Below are positions 17,309 through 18,642 of a stretch of DNA of 18,642 bases, in pieces. The position numbers were made by a program, and so were the translations under genes. This DNA is from an uncultured Bacteriovoracaceae bacterium. GTDB lineage: Bacteria; Bdellovibrionota; Bacteriovoracia; Bacteriovoracales; Bacteriovoracaceae. The notes beneath the pieces are model-generated. The model was not told the origin of the DNA. It saw only the letters and a list, made by a program, of their open reading frames with translations, and did no database searches. Position 1 is the stretch's first letter. Every line of letters starts with the position of its first letter. Where the stretch lies: positions 1 through 18,642 of the forward strand of contig CAXGUD010000060.1 in the NCBI GenBank assembly GCA_964012805.1. The letters run 5' to 3'.

Positions 17309-17600
17309 CCTAATCTCCAAATATCATTCAAAAAAACTAACCCTTTGCATGATTAATTTATAAAATATAAAAAGGACTCAAAACTCAATCGATTAGCACA
17401 AAATCAATGTGAAGTTAATATTCACTAGGACTTAAGCAGGATTAAACTAAATAAATATTATTTAGTTTCTGTAATTTATCTTGTTCTCAGAGTCTGAAAA
17501 AGCTTTCAAGTTTTGTTCATGCTTTTTCAAAGTATGCATACTCAGGCAATTATCAAAAAAGCCTTAAGATAATTTAATAATCCAAATTTGGAGCATAAGT

Positions 17601-17999
17601 TTGAAAATATTAATTGTAGATGATTCAGCCAGTTGCCGCTTAAGGCTTTGTCGAATACTGAACGAAGCCTCTGAGGATTTTTTTGATATTTTAGAGGCAG
17701 AAAACGGCTCTGAAGCTCTGACAATCATCGAAAACAATAATGAACTAGATATTATTTTGTCTGACATAAACATGCCAGAGATGGATGGAATCGCTTTGCT
17801 AAAAGCACTAAGGGAAAAAAAAGAAGATAGCTCTCTCCCCTTTGTTATTTATTCTACGGAGTGCTCAGAAGAAATGAAAGCTGTTGCTAAAAGCTTTCAG
17901 GCTTCTGCATGGTTACTAAAACCTGCTAAGCCTGCAACCATTCTTATGGCAATAAGCAAGATTACAAATGTTTTAATGCCTTTACCAAAAGGCACCTAA
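17601..17999 (+). CDS. Single-domain response regulator (CheY-like receiver)
   Basis: ILIVDDS, phospho-acceptor ILSDINMPEMDG, YSTE and LLKP motifs. TTG start 7 nt after GGAG (17590-17593). Confidence 0.92.
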   Translation: MKILIVDDSASCRLRLCRILNEASEDFFDILEAENGSEALTIIENNNELDIILSDINMPEMDGIALLKALREKKEDSSLPFVIYSTECSEEMKAVAKSFQASAWLLKPAKPATILMAISKITNVLMPLPKGT

Positions 18000-18060
18000 A
18001 AATACGCGGTAAATAAAAAAAGTAGTATCATATAAACTTTTTTAAAAGTGAGGCCAAAGA

Positions 18061-18198
18061 ATGAAAAAATTCTCTTATGAGGTTATTCAATCTTGGATTT
18101 GGTGGGCGAAAATTTACAGAAAAGAAGAGAAGAGTAATGAAGACGCTGTGAAAGACCTCGCTATTCTGCAAAATTTTGTGAAAAGCTTAAAAAGTTAG
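18061..18198 (+). CDS. Putative 45-aa small protein (not in ORF track)
   Basis: GAGG lies 7 nt upstream of the ATG. Translation: MKKFSYEVIQSWIWWAKIYRKEEKSNEDAVKDLAILQNFVKSLKS. Confidence 0.5.
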   Translation: MKKFSYEVIQSWIWWAKIYRKEEKSNEDAVKDLAILQNFVKSLKS

Positions 18199-18425
18199 CC
18201 TAATTCAAATGTAAAAAAAGCTAATTAAGTCGATTAATCAATTTACCTTCCATTCTTGCCTGGCAACTTGAACTCACTAATGGACTTGTTCTTCAAAATA
18301 TAATTAAAAGATTAAATAATTTATAATTTATTATTAATAAGAAGCCTTGGAACTCAAGAACTTACCAAAGTCCAATAACCCTATTTACAAATAAAAACTA
18401 ATTTTAATCAAAAATAACTTTAAGC

Positions 18426-18453
18426 TAATAAAAATAATTCTATATGCCGATCA
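18426..18453 (+). promoter_or_regulatory. Candidate sigma-28 promoter upstream of the Lys-rich gene
   Basis: GCCGATCA (18446-18453) matches the GCCGATAA -10 element at 7/8 positions in an otherwise very AT-rich spacer. The -35 element is ambiguous (TAAT with N16 or TAAA with N13). Confidence 0.4.
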
Positions 18454-18515
18454 TTCTTTATATACTTAATTATATTATTTTGTAGTTCTGAAACTACCTC
18501 AAAAAAGAGAATATT

Positions 18516-18642
18516 ATGGCAAAGAAAAAAACGAAGAAAAAAACTACTAAAAAGAAAGTGGCTAAAAAAGTCTCAAAGAAAAAAACTAAGAAGAAAGCTA
18601 CTAAAAAGAAAGTAGCTAAAAAAGCCTCAAAGAAAAAAACTA
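18516..18642 (+). CDS. Lys/Ala/Thr-rich histone-H1-like N-terminus, 3'-truncated by the window edge
   Basis: ATG at 18516 after AAGAGA. MAKKKTKKKTTKKKVAKKVSKKKTKKKATKKKVAKKASKKKT stays open to the end of the window, with an 18-aa (54-bp) tandem unit. Confidence 0.8.
   Translation, partial: MAKKKTKKKTTKKKVAKKVSKKKTKKKATKKKVAKKASKKKT

Noticed and set aside
311..17773. Short ORF-track entries overlapping long genes (e.g. 311-511, 748-933, 1195-1401, 2183-2386, 3651-3842, 4197-4570, 7028-8652, 9545-9733, 12057-12263, 12800-12988, 13492-14881, 17542-17773)
   Set aside because: They are antisense or out-of-frame shadows of well-supported CDSs. They are mostly F/L/S/I-rich, as expected from the reverse complement of Lys/Glu-rich genes, and show no recognisable motifs.

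Overview
AT-rich bacterial chromosomal window with no rRNA, tRNA, CRISPR array or mobile element. A predatory Bdellovibrionota/Bacteriovoracia-like host is an inference from gene style only. The right half holds recognisable genes: an MBL-fold hydrolase, a TetR regulator, a sterol-desaturase-family gene, a small outer-membrane beta-barrel, sbcDC, a CheY-like receiver, a small ORF and the start of a Lys-rich H1-like protein. The window begins inside a LipJ-type alpha/beta-hydrolase-adenylate cyclase gene. The most interesting part is 783-9472, five genes for signal-peptide proteins. Two divergent genes (318 aa and about 1387 aa) share a near-identical cysteine register over about 265 residues of coiled coil, with C-X6-C pairs repeating every 35 aa and a shared CG-X13-C cap. 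The long chain continues into 24-aa TNFR-like Cys repeats and two 7-blade RCC1-like propellers. A third gene carries one copy of the same C-X6-C coiled-coil unit fused to a domain with seven exact GIITTNG repeats. Together they suggest an undescribed hetero-oligomeric, disulfide-ringed extracellular fibre or adhesin system (hypothesis).
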